A stretch of 64,000 bases of DNA, from IMG/VR virus record IMGVR_UViG_3300045988_122168; one strand, 5' to 3'. This document shows, one piece after another, positions 35,564 through 45,307 of this stretch. The DNA comes from a virus. How positions within the stretch are numbered: position 1 is the first letter of the stretch; each line of letters starts with the position of its first letter. Under the pieces are notes generated by a model. The model saw only the letters and a program-made list of their open reading frames with translations, searched no databases and was not told the DNA's origin. The position numbers and the translations under genes were made by a program.

Positions 35564-37438
35564 ATGGCAAATCAATATACAGGAGAGGCGTACATGGGCG
35601 TGAAGCCTGTCGAGGCTGATTTCGGTCAGGTTGGCATGAACGCCCTTAACATCGACATGGCGTTGCGTGCCGCAGGTCTTGAACAGGAGAAACTGTACGC
35701 CAAGCAAGCGAAAGAGGCGCAGCAAAAGCTAGAGACCGACTTGAAGGATTTCGACAAGCTGGCCACGGAGGCTTTGAACTTGCAACCACAAGCCTTTGAC
35801 CAGCAAGGGGTGGCTATCCTCATGGAACACACGCAACAAGAGATAGCCGACATGAGAAGGGAGCTAGCGAACCCGCTTATCACCCCCACCCGTAAATCGG
35901 AGATCATGGTCAAGATCGGTGACATGAAGAACAAGGCAGCGTCTTACACGAACCAGATGAAGAGTTTCCAGACTTTCCTCGAAGGGTTATCCAAGACTGG
36001 GAAGGGGGGAATCGATGACGTGATGAACGTGGGGTTGATCGGTGCGTTGAACGAGGCTATATTACTTGCCGGGAAGGAAGGGGTCAAGAGCAAGGGTAAC
36101 GGTATTTACAGTCTGGGAGGCATGATCGACATGTACTACGCGAACGGGATGCTGAACTTCACCATGTACGACAAGAACGGCGAGGCTCTCGCTACCGGTT
36201 CGCCGGCGGAGTTACAGGCCAAGTTGAGCGGCAAGCTGAAACCGTTCGTGGACCTTGACGGGTTGATGGATAACTCTATTAAACAGATAGGTGATTCGGT
36301 GGTTAGAAGTTTCCAGAGAACCCCTGACGGTAATATACTCAATATAGAGTCCACCAATCTTAACAATATCAAGCAAAGAGCGGGTGATTACTGGGAGGCA
36401 ACATTCCGTAATAATTACGAAACTAATCCTTACATGCAGAAAGGTGCCACGATAGGGTTGTGGGACACTCCCGAGCAAGCCAAGGCTTATTTCGTTGATC
36501 GTGTGGCTATGGCGGCAGACCAGAACGTGAAACAATCGTTACAGAAAGACCCGAACTACGTTAGCTACTCGGAGAGTAGGAAGATGGAGAATGTTGACGT
36601 GGCTCTTGATTACATACAGAGAGCGCTTAACGGAGAGAAAGATGCCATTCAAAGGTTCGTTGGTACTAAATCTATATCTTACGTGAACAAGGATGGCGAG
36701 AACGTGAAAGCTCAACTCGAAGGCATATCTTCCGCAGGTGATGTAACGACGTTACATTTCGTTAGCGAGGGTAAGAAACGACAAGGTCAAGCGTCATCTA
36801 AATTTGATCAAGGTTTTGACATTAGCTTCAAGATGGATGATCCTGAATCTGTCAAGCAAGCCACTTTATACCTCAAGGACTACTGGAACGGGGGCGCTCA
36901 ATCTGGCGAGAAGTTACTCGACTCTGACATATTGAACGGGTTTAATTTTAACGTGTCTCCCAGGGTGATCGGTAAACGTGTTAACGAGTCTGGCGATATA
37001 GAGAATGACCCGGTAATATCTCCTTACATAGAGAAGATACGTTCTATATCTAACGATATAATAGAAGGGAAGAACAAGGGGACATCAACCAAGGAAAGTA
37101 TCAGGGAAACGCTGCAAGAAATGATTAATAGCGGTGCGCTTCAAGGTAACGTCAGGACGGATGACTTGTTCTTTTGGAGGGGACAGGATTTAGTGCTTGA
37201 AGACAGGGAAGGTAACGAGGTGTTCGCTATACGGTACAATGATCCAGAGAAATTCGCCGGGAAGATAATTAACGAACTTGGGAAGATTACCTCGATGGCC
37301 ACTTCAACTGGTGGTCCAAGAGTGAATAACCCCCAGTTCTTGATCGGGGCTAGAAGAGGCGGAAATCAAACTAGTAGAAGCGTCACGGTTAGAAGTAATA
37401 ACGGATCGAGAGGACTTCCTTCTTTCGGTCAAAACTAG
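35564..37438 (+). CDS. hypothetical virion protein (624 aa)
   Basis: ATG ORF, 1 nt after the upstream stop. No motif recognised. Confidence 0.65.
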   Translation: MANQYTGEAYMGVKPVEADFGQVGMNALNIDMALRAAGLEQEKLYAKQAKEAQQKLETDLKDFDKLATEALNLQPQAFDQQGVAILMEHTQQEIADMRRELANPLITPTRKSEIMVKIGDMKNKAASYTNQMKSFQTFLEGLSKTGKGGIDDVMNVGLIGALNEAILLAGKEGVKSKGNGIYSLGGMIDMYYANGMLNFTMYDKNGEALATGSPAELQAKLSGKLKPFVDLDGLMDNSIKQIGDSVVRSFQRTPDGNILNIESTNLNNIKQRAGDYWEATFRNNYETNPYMQKGATIGLWDTPEQAKAYFVDRVAMAADQNVKQSLQKDPNYVSYSESRKMENVDVALDYIQRALNGEKDAIQRFVGTKSISYVNKDGENVKAQLEGISSAGDVTTLHFVSEGKKRQGQASSKFDQGFDISFKMDDPESVKQATLYLKDYWNGGAQSGEKLLDSDILNGFNFNVSPRVIGKRVNESGDIENDPVISPYIEKIRSISNDIIEGKNKGTSTKESIRETLQEMINSGALQGNVRTDDLFFWRGQDLVLEDREGNEVFAIRYNDPEKFAGKIINELGKITSMATSTGGPRVNNPQFLIGARRGGNQTSRSVTVRSNNGSRGLPSFGQN

Positions 37439-37444
37439 AGCATC

Positions 37445-40400
37445 ATGAATGACGGTAGAAAGGTAGACAAGACATTATACAAGGATATACTGTTAGACTT
37501 CGCCAACGATCAAGGTATTGACACGTCTAACGTCACCGATGATTACGTGAACAGCGCATGGGAAGGGACGGGGGGAGACCCCACCAAGCTCATGAAGACG
37601 CTGGCTAAATCAATAGGTTTTCCAGAGGGGTCCGTTAACGACAAGTACATGGAGAAGTTGTATGACAATTACGATGTCATAGACCCGAAGTACATGAAGT
37701 CAACGTACGGGTACTTCACCCCCGACGAGCGCAAGTTGTTCCTTCCGGAGAACGCAGACGAAAGGCAAGAATTCAGGCTGGAAACGTCTCTAGGCGCCCT
37801 TGATGACTATTACAAGTCACGAGGGGAGTTGACCCCGTTCCAGAAGGAGAGGATGTTCTCTAGCCGTGTCCAGAGACGGATTGATGAAGCCGGGGGGACG
37901 AACAACGAGATAAACGATTACGCTAAAAGACTGGCTAACAACCTTGGGATGGTGTACGACCCGTCACGAAAGACTTACGTGGTACCGGGGGAGGAAAGGG
38001 CCAAGTACCAGTTACTCCTTAACGAGACGTACCTTGACCCCAACGAGGTGGATAGGATGAACCCCACCATCTCGGACATGAAGAAACAGAACGAAGAGAT
38101 ATACAAGATAGCCGAGGCTGAAAGTGACAAGTACTGGGACCGGAGAGAGAAAGACCGCAGGGAGAACGTGTGGAAGTCCATGACGTACGACCCCCTCGCC
38201 ATATCTGGAGAGAACATGAGGGAATTCGGGGAGGCGAACGCTTCGTTGATACTAAGTGATAACACCCGGAAGACTCTCGAACTGGTGGAGAAGGTGGAAG
38301 AAGGAGGGGCGAACATGGCACTCGGTATCGGGGAGGGGTTGAAAGATTACGCCTCCAACTTGATATTGTTGAACCAGCGTCTCGGTCAGAACGAGAGGGT
38401 AAGGAACGTTAACCAGAGGCTTGAAGGAATTTACGAGGACGTGATGTCACGACACCCCGAGTGGAGGTACCGGGATCATCCCGTGTACTCCGACGGGGAA
38501 ATGTTACCCCCCGACAGTGCCGCAGAGATAGCCGTGAAGCAAGGGTACATTAACGAGGAGGTAAGAAGGTTGATGGACGAGCAATTCTCACAAGATGACA
38601 TCAACTTGCTTAACGCCTTCCAGTTAAACATACAGGCTCAAGAAGAGTTGTCGAGAGCCACGAACACGTCGTTCAGGGTGGGGTACGGTATGGGACAATC
38701 ACTAGGTTTCATGACCGAGTTCGCCCTTACTGGTGGTCTCGTTGGACTGGGCAAGACGGCGATCAAGGGAGGGGCAACCATAGCCGGTAGGAAGATAGGC
38801 GCTAGCTCGCTAGTAAAGTCCCTTTCTAACACCAAGATCGTTGACAGGGCGATAGATTTAAGTGGCAAGATCGTGTCTTCAAAAGCGGCTAACGTGGCCA
38901 CTAAAGCCGTGGAAAAAGTTGCTGGAACGAGGGTTGGTAAATCCGCCGGGAAGTTCAGCACTTGGGTGGCGAAGAATTCTACCGAGGCAGCGTCTCGAAC
39001 GCTGGTAAGCCCGACTTTCATGGCTAACGTTGCCAACGATATAACTAACGGGGTGGACGTGAAGACGGCGGTGTTTAACAATTTCGGGGACCTGTTCGTG
39101 GAGAACTTCTCCGAGGGTTTATTCATGCCAGCAAAGCCGTTGAATACCGTGAGAGAGTCCATGACCAAGAGCGCCCTTCGTCGTGGTCTTGACCAGATCA
39201 TGTACCGTGGAGGTTTCGCCGGGTACGGGCAGAGGGGATTCACCGGGTGGATAAAAGGTATGGCGGAGGAAATGCTAGAAGAGAAGTTCGGTGACGTGGT
39301 GAGAGGGTCGTGGACGGCCATAGACAGGGGAGAGTCCAATTACCTCACTAGAGAGTTCATAAAACCGGATGACCTTGAAATGGTGTACTCGATAGCTTTA
39401 ATGTCCACAGGCCTGTCAGGATCGGGATGGATAGCCAACAAGGCAAGGAAAGCCCCACCCCGAACCGAGGAGATACGATTCCGTGCCAACAAGTACGGCA
39501 AGATGATCCCGTCCGAGCTTAGAGAGCGCATAGACGTCTTGATAGCTGACGGTGAACTAACTACCGATACTAAAATAGAGGATGCCACGAACGAGATAAA
39601 CGGTGCCATAAACGGCCTGTACGACGAGTTCACGGCTGGTGGAGAGAAGGTGAAGGAGCAGAAGGATTTAGCCACGAACGCCTTGAACTACTTCAAGAAC
39701 GCCGTGGAACTTGATTTACGTGATCACCTGACCGGGTTGCAGGATGCCATGAACGACGAGAACTTCCAGGCGGAGGGGGAGAGATTCACGTATCAGGGCA
39801 AGGAGGTTCAAGCTACCGATACCACGGTACGGGAGGAGGGGAAGGTAGAGGTGGAGGACGCCGATGGTAACCGTGTTATCGTCGATTATAACGACCTCAC
39901 CCCCGTTCGAGAAGAGGTAAAGAGTGAAGAAAAAGAAGTTGAACAAGGTAAAATTAAGCAAGATGCCAGCGAAACTAGAGAGGTGCGTTCGGAAAGTGAA
40001 GGCACAGAACAGCAAGTCAGGAAAGAAAGTGAACCCGTGGGCGGTGTGTCAGAAGTCAACGGGACTGAAAGTACACGCCAGCAACAAGAAGAGAAAGTAA
40101 GCCAGACCCCCACCCTCGACAAGCTACCCATGCAGGTGGCTAGAGACTACTACGAGAAGTACAAGGACGAGGGTATAGCCCCTAAAGAGCTGGCGTGGGA
40201 AGAGGTGAAGAAAACTGACGAGTGGAAGTCGTTAACGAAAGAGGAAAAGAAACTGGCGGAGGAAGAGTTTAACGATAACCACGAGGAGATATTCGGTGAC
40301 GAGAAGATACCGTACATACGTGAGACCCCTTACAAGATCAACAAGAAACCTGTAACCACGAAGGAGGCCACCGCACGATTGAGGAACAAGGTTAGACAGC

Positions 40401-43400
40401 TCGGCATCGGCGCTTACAGGAAGGGGGCGGGTGATCTAACCAGTCGTCTCAAGAAGATTCGTGGCGTGATAAGGGAGGGACAGGACCTGTTAACCCCCGC
40501 CCAGTACCGGAAGATAATGTCCAAGCTGGCGGGAGGTATAAAGACGCAGGCCAAGTACCAGAATCTCGTTAACGAGGTGGAGAGGATGATCAACGAGCAA
40601 CAACAGAAAGCGACTCTTGAAGAGCGTGGTAACGACGTGAAGAAGGCTAAACAGTCGGTGAGACGTTCCAACATGACCAAGGCGAAGAAACAGCAATTGC
40701 TAGATTTCCTTGACACCCCCACGGGCAAGATGACGCCGGGAGACCTCGACATGTTCAACAACGTGGTTGCAGACATACAGGAAGGGAGATTCTCCGAGCT
40801 GACGGAGTACCTCGTGGACATCTACAAGGTTGAAGAGGGGGAGGGGAAGAACAAGCTGACGCCGGAGTCGGTTGACAGGTTCTTGAAAAACGTTGACAAG
40901 AGGATAAACAAGATGTCCAACGAGCTGGACGAGGCGTCGTTCAAGGACATGAACAGTTACCTTCGATCCATAAACAACATCCGTAACAAGGCGTTCAGGC
41001 TGTACGAGAACGATCAAATATCCGAGAATGACTTGCAGTCCATCTCCGAGAAGATCGACAACTTCATGACCGGGGAGAAGGGATTCGAGAAGATGAACCA
41101 GAAGGTGCGTGACAACGTGGAAGAGATGGTGGGAATGGAACTGGAAGACGCTTACCAGATGTACCCGATGGGGACTTCCCCCCTCTCCGTGACGGTGTCC
41201 AGCATACTGTCCAACGCCGAGTACATACCAACGCTAACGAACTTCCAGCTTAACAGGCTCTACAACGCCCTGTACAACCTGAACAACGGTTACATCACCC
41301 GTGAACTGGTGCAGGCGCAGGAGGACCTCGCCCGGCATGACATGTTCGAGTCGTTCAAGAACGAGATCGACCCGAAACTGGACGCCCTGGTTAACAGCAA
41401 CAAGATGGAGAAATGGAGGGATCGTGCTTACAAGTTGCAGAAGGCTCTCGACATTCGTGACCTGAACACGGCGGAGTACATGCTGTGGGACAACTATTCC
41501 ACCCCCATCTACGACAACATAGTGTCCAAGTACATAGAACCGGCAACCATACAGGCTCACGTGGCTCAAGCGAGGATGTTGAAACCGTGGGCGGCGGCGA
41601 TCGAGGAGTTCAGCAAGTATTACGTTCTTCCCGTTGGCGTGTTAAACACGAGGGGACGAACCATGATGGACCTAGCCGGGATGCTCATGATAGAGAATAA
41701 CTACCAGAAGAATGACCTGGTAGGGAAGGAGGGGGTGTCCAAGCTGAATCACTCGTGGTTCCTAACCGTCAAGAACGACATCGCCAACAGGGACGCCGTG
41801 GAGACGAGAAGGATCAACAACGCCACCGAGTTATTCGTGCTTGACGAGGACGGTTCGGTTAACATCGACAAGACGATTGACTCCCTCCCCGCCCGTGACG
41901 CAAAGGCCGTGAGGACGCTTATCAACGCAGCACGCCAGATATTCGACGGCGAGTTAAGGGACATGAACATCGCTAGCGCCGCCTTCCGTGGGTACGACAC
42001 CGGGTTTGATCAAGTTGATTACGCCCCCCGCCAATCCACCGGTGGTAGCACTGACATACAGGCCATAGAGACCATACAGGAGATGGCAAACGAGAACTGG
42101 GGTGGTCAACTACCGGCGGCACACGCCATACATTCGAGGAGGGGAGGTATCCACAAGGTGAATTTTGACATCGCCTCGATGGTCACTCGCTCGATAGAGG
42201 AAGCCACGATGGAGTTCAACGTGGTACACCCGTACAACGCCGTGGTAAAGGCTTTCAAGGACAGGATGAACAGGCCGGGAACTAACAAGGACGAGAAGAT
42301 GGTATTAAACGCATACGTCAACACGATAAAGGATCGTATAATATCCACCTATCACCTTGATAATTTCCACAACCGCACGAACAACAACTGGAACAAGTTT
42401 AACAAGTACATAAGTAGCGCCGCCCGTACCGCCTTGCTCGTGAACCCTGCCAAGATGGCAACCGAGATAGTGACCAACGTGGGGGGAGCGATCATAAGCG
42501 ACGGTATCAGCGTGAACCCGGTGACGATGGTCAAGAACATCCAGCAACAGCAAGCCATGAGGGACATGTACGAGTTCTACTCCGTTCCTGACGCCGAGAT
42601 GATGTCCAAGTACAGCGAGCTTACACGTGACGCTTACGGGAAGAAAACGGGCAAGAACGCCAAGATGATAGACGCATGGATCAGGTTCCCCGACCTTATC
42701 ACGTCTTCCAACATGTACATCAAGATATTCAATAACAGGTTCAAGGAACTTAACGGCTCCGAGCTTGACATTGACAGGTGGCAGAAGGATGACAAGTACC
42801 GCAGGGATATAACGAAAGATTTCAGGACCGCCCACCGTGACGCCATGAAGAGAACGCAGGAATCGTTCAACACCGTGGCTCCCGTGTCTCAAGCGTCCAA
42901 GACCCGGTTATTACCGTGGTCAAAGAACATATCCCGTGACGAGGTACTCGGTAGGTGGGTGGGATTCATGATGTCCTACTCCATCAAGGAGGTCGAGATG
43001 ATGAAGGTGGGGTGGGGACGAATGGTAGAGGGAGCCAACCAGAACAACTCGAAGATGTTCCTCGATGGCCTGGGGATGCTTACCAGTCGTTTCACACGTA
43101 GTATAGCGTACAACCTTACAAAGCCGTTGATAGGTGCTTACCTCGCCTCCCTCGCTTTCGGTGGGGACGACGACGATTCGGTATGGGACGTCATGCAGGA
43201 GAGAACGTTGAAGAATGGAGCCATAGGTCTCGCCGGTATATTCCTTGGAAGGTACGGTACCGTGGCTGACATGGCAGCATCGTTCATACTGGGTGGTGTC
43301 AAGTTCGCCGAGCAAATAGGAGCCATAGATAACGAGACGTTCGAGGGAATAACCAAGATCGCCGGGTGGGCTACTTACGCCAGACCGCAGAACCCGTATA

Positions 43401-43723
43401 ACATCAAGCTAGGAGAGTTGTTCGAGGAAGTGTTACCGGCTATCGGTATATTCATGAACGCCATCGATGATAACGCCAGCATGGCATGGAAGATATACGA
43501 TCGTGCGGAACATAACGAGCCTCTAACGGACTCGGAAGAAGAGTTCCTCCGGGCGTGTGGGGCGTTCTTCGAGCTGATGACTTTCATCGTCCCGAACGTG
43601 TTCACGGCCAACCTTAGAACAATCCTCAAGGACGGTGCCAATTACAAGCGCCGGCAGGAGGCTAACAAGGAACGTGAGAGTAACACCAGAAAAGCGTTTA
43701 AAAGTAGCGGATTAGCTTTTTAA
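37445..43723 (+). CDS. giant internal-virion / tape-measure-like protein (2092 aa)
   Basis: Gly/Ala-rich segments (GLVGLGKTAIKGGATIAGRKIGAS..), a long E/K-rich central coiled region and C-terminal hydrophobic stretches (GAIGLAGIFLGRYGTVADMAASFILGG). No polymerase or enzymatic motif seen. Confidence 0.5.
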   Translation: MNDGRKVDKTLYKDILLDFANDQGIDTSNVTDDYVNSAWEGTGGDPTKLMKTLAKSIGFPEGSVNDKYMEKLYDNYDVIDPKYMKSTYGYFTPDERKLFLPENADERQEFRLETSLGALDDYYKSRGELTPFQKERMFSSRVQRRIDEAGGTNNEINDYAKRLANNLGMVYDPSRKTYVVPGEERAKYQLLLNETYLDPNEVDRMNPTISDMKKQNEEIYKIAEAESDKYWDRREKDRRENVWKSMTYDPLAISGENMREFGEANASLILSDNTRKTLELVEKVEEGGANMALGIGEGLKDYASNLILLNQRLGQNERVRNVNQRLEGIYEDVMSRHPEWRYRDHPVYSDGEMLPPDSAAEIAVKQGYINEEVRRLMDEQFSQDDINLLNAFQLNIQAQEELSRATNTSFRVGYGMGQSLGFMTEFALTGGLVGLGKTAIKGGATIAGRKIGASSLVKSLSNTKIVDRAIDLSGKIVSSKAANVATKAVEKVAGTRVGKSAGKFSTWVAKNSTEAASRTLVSPTFMANVANDITNGVDVKTAVFNNFGDLFVENFSEGLFMPAKPLNTVRESMTKSALRRGLDQIMYRGGFAGYGQRGFTGWIKGMAEEMLEEKFGDVVRGSWTAIDRGESNYLTREFIKPDDLEMVYSIALMSTGLSGSGWIANKARKAPPRTEEIRFRANKYGKMIPSELRERIDVLIADGELTTDTKIEDATNEINGAINGLYDEFTAGGEKVKEQKDLATNALNYFKNAVELDLRDHLTGLQDAMNDENFQAEGERFTYQGKEVQATDTTVREEGKVEVEDADGNRVIVDYNDLTPVREEVKSEEKEVEQGKIKQDASETREVRSESEGTEQQVRKESEPVGGVSEVNGTESTRQQQEEKVSQTPTLDKLPMQVARDYYEKYKDEGIAPKELAWEEVKKTDEWKSLTKEEKKLAEEEFNDNHEEIFGDEKIPYIRETPYKINKKPVTTKEATARLRNKVRQLGIGAYRKGAGDLTSRLKKIRGVIREGQDLLTPAQYRKIMSKLAGGIKTQAKYQNLVNEVERMINEQQQKATLEERGNDVKKAKQSVRRSNMTKAKKQQLLDFLDTPTGKMTPGDLDMFNNVVADIQEGRFSELTEYLVDIYKVEEGEGKNKLTPESVDRFLKNVDKRINKMSNELDEASFKDMNSYLRSINNIRNKAFRLYENDQISENDLQSISEKIDNFMTGEKGFEKMNQKVRDNVEEMVGMELEDAYQMYPMGTSPLSVTVSSILSNAEYIPTLTNFQLNRLYNALYNLNNGYITRELVQAQEDLARHDMFESFKNEIDPKLDALVNSNKMEKWRDRAYKLQKALDIRDLNTAEYMLWDNYSTPIYDNIVSKYIEPATIQAHVAQARMLKPWAAAIEEFSKYYVLPVGVLNTRGRTMMDLAGMLMIENNYQKNDLVGKEGVSKLNHSWFLTVKNDIANRDAVETRRINNATELFVLDEDGSVNIDKTIDSLPARDAKAVRTLINAARQIFDGELRDMNIASAAFRGYDTGFDQVDYAPRQSTGGSTDIQAIETIQEMANENWGGQLPAAHAIHSRRGGIHKVNFDIASMVTRSIEEATMEFNVVHPYNAVVKAFKDRMNRPGTNKDEKMVLNAYVNTIKDRIISTYHLDNFHNRTNNNWNKFNKYISSAARTALLVNPAKMATEIVTNVGGAIISDGISVNPVTMVKNIQQQQAMRDMYEFYSVPDAEMMSKYSELTRDAYGKKTGKNAKMIDAWIRFPDLITSSNMYIKIFNNRFKELNGSELDIDRWQKDDKYRRDITKDFRTAHRDAMKRTQESFNTVAPVSQASKTRLLPWSKNISRDEVLGRWVGFMMSYSIKEVEMMKVGWGRMVEGANQNNSKMFLDGLGMLTSRFTRSIAYNLTKPLIGAYLASLAFGGDDDDSVWDVMQERTLKNGAIGLAGIFLGRYGTVADMAASFILGGVKFAEQIGAIDNETFEGITKIAGWATYARPQNPYNIKLGELFEEVLPAIGIFMNAIDDNASMAWKIYDRAEHNEPLTDSEEEFLRACGAFFELMTFIVPNVFTANLRTILKDGANYKRRQEANKERESNTRKAFKSSGLAF

Positions 43724-43764
43724 AAGAGAAACATTTCGTATATTTATGACGTAAATACAAGCGT

Positions 43765-43878
43765 ATGGCTAGAAACACGAAAACGACATCAGTTCGCAGG
43801 CCCATAATGAGGCCAGCAACTGCATCAAGAAAGATTACATGGGATGGTAAACCTAGAAGAAGTAGTAAGAAGAAATGA
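43765..43878 (+). CDS. 37-aa arginine/lysine-rich mini-protein (below track cutoff)
   Basis: ATG..TGA: MARNTKTTSVRRPIMRPATASRKITWDGKPRRSSKKK. The stop overlaps the next start as ATGA (43875-43878). A near-consensus box TATATTTA lies at 43739-43746. Confidence 0.45.
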   Translation: MARNTKTTSVRRPIMRPATASRKITWDGKPRRSSKKK

Positions 43879-44243
43879 AATCTACGGTTAGACTTATAAA
43901 ATTGGCCCCGATCCTGTTAAACATGTATGTAGCGATAGTTCTTACGCTATCACTCATGGATGTGGAGGTGGTGTCTTTTGATTATGTTTTAGGACATTCC
44001 GTTTACGTGGACATTATGCTATGGCATTTGTCGAAACGATTTAGATTTTGTTCATGGCACAGGGTATTAATAATCAACTTACTAATACAATGTGGCGTAC
44101 AATTAATTGATGTATTATCAAATTACACGATTGAGTTCTGGACATTATTGAGTATTGCTTCGGTATCTGTTGTAGTATCAGCCGTAACTTCAACCATTTT
44201 ATATTTCAAACATGGGTGCTGTAAAATTGACGAATCTAAGTAG
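43875..44243 (+). CDS. multi-pass membrane protein (122 aa)
   Basis: Three to four hydrophobic segments (LAPILLNMYVAIVLTLSL, VLIINLLIQCGVQLI, FWTLLSIASVSVVVSAVTSTIL). Confidence 0.55.
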   Translation: MKSTVRLIKLAPILLNMYVAIVLTLSLMDVEVVSFDYVLGHSVYVDIMLWHLSKRFRFCSWHRVLIINLLIQCGVQLIDVLSNYTIEFWTLLSIASVSVVVSAVTSTILYFKHGCCKIDESK

Positions 44244-44496
44244 ATTGTTCAGGCACTTCGCCGACATGATTGATAATGGTTATTGTGACAACATCACCGA
44301 GGATGATATAGATGCAATGACCGAGGTACTTAAACCATACCTCAACGTTAAAGTAAATTATGAGCAAGCGAAGAAGATCACTGGTAAGACTGACAGTGCG
44401 TTTAACAGTAAAATATCAAGATGTGGACTCAAGCCAACGAAAGAAAGACTTTATCGCTACATTGACATGCTTAAAATCAAACACAAGAAAGTTTGA
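44212..44496 (+). CDS. hypothetical protein (94 aa)
   Basis: ATG ORF and last gene before a strong terminator. No motif recognised. Confidence 0.5.
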   Translation: MGAVKLTNLSRLFRHFADMIDNGYCDNITEDDIDAMTEVLKPYLNVKVNYEQAKKITGKTDSAFNSKISRCGLKPTKERLYRYIDMLKIKHKKV

Positions 44497-44531
44497 GTGG
44501 TTAGTTAGTTTCATATTGGTAATTATCAAGT

Positions 44532-44567
44532 ATGCCCACCCCCTCCAAGGGTGGGTATCTTTTTTAT
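44532..44567 (+). terminator. rho-independent terminator closing the rightward virion block
   Basis: CCCACCC (44535-44541) pairs with GGGTGGG (44549-44555), extended by flanking pairs, followed by CTTTTTTATT. Confidence 0.75.
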
Positions 44568-44570
44568 TCC

Positions 44571-44798
44571 CCGATATGTGAATTCCCATATCGGCTGATT
44601 ATCAGGCGAGGTCGGAATTCCGACCACGACCTGCCGTCGGGATAACCGACGTTAGGTACCTGATCTTACTAGTGATAAGGGGAGGTGTACCCTGGGATGG
44701 GGTATACCGTGAAATGCAGTATACCTACACTGTTTTAACTAATTTTAGCTTTTGCTGATTATCAATAAGTTACGATAAAAACGGGAATTCCCGTTTTT
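44571..44798. repeat. cluster of palindromes, three centred on GAATTC
   Basis: CCGATATG-TGAATTCC-CATATCGG (44571-44594); GGTCGGAATTCCGACC (44610-44625); AAAAACGGGAATTCCCGTTTTT (44777-44798). Also CGTCGG-GATAA-CCGACG (44635-44651), direct repeat GCTGATTATCA (44594-44604 and 44754-44764), and three GGTRTACC-like boxes (44684-44725). Confidence 0.85.
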
Positions 44799-44934
44799 AT
44801 AAAACACTATGATTCAAATAGTAACATCATGGTTATTTTTTTGATATAAAATTTTATTAAATAGAAATTTATGGAATGCATTTTTATCAACAATAAAATA
44901 TATACAGATATATTGTTTTTATAAATATTATTCG

Positions 44935-44942
44935 TATATTTG
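44935..44942 (+). promoter_or_regulatory. -7 promoter box TATATTTG upstream of the KilA-N gene
   Basis: Exact TATATTTG, 25 nt upstream of the ATG at 44968. Confidence 0.5.
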
Positions 44943-44967
44943 CAAAGTCAAATTTAATTTTAATATC

Positions 44968-45306
44968 ATGGAAATAAATGAAATTATTACTGAAATGTGG
45001 CATAGAGTCCGCATAAGTGAAGACAAAAACTACGTGCGAAGTTCTGATGTTTGCAATATAATAAACAGGATTCGTATAGAAGAGAATAAGTCAGTATTTA
45101 ACGCTACCCAATGGTTGAATTCTAATCCCGTGAAAGAATTAATATCTACTCTTAAAGAAGAGAGCGTGATAAAGAAAGACAAGGGGAGAGGAGCCGCCAC
45201 GTGGTTGCATCCTGTACTTGCTATCGAGATGCTTATGATGGGTGGGGGGCCAAAAGCTAAATTGTGGGTGTTCGAAAATTCTAATATATTATCAAAATTA
45301 AAATAG
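44968..45306 (+). CDS. KilA-N domain protein (112 aa)
   Basis: Pattern ..RSSDVCNIIN... GAATWLHPVLAIEMLMM resembles KilA-N DNA-binding domains (..GTWVHP.LA...A.W). Confidence 0.55.
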   Translation: MEINEIITEMWHRVRISEDKNYVRSSDVCNIINRIRIEENKSVFNATQWLNSNPVKELISTLKEESVIKKDKGRGAATWLHPVLAIEMLMMGGGPKAKLWVFENSNILSKLK

Positions 45307-45307
45307 T

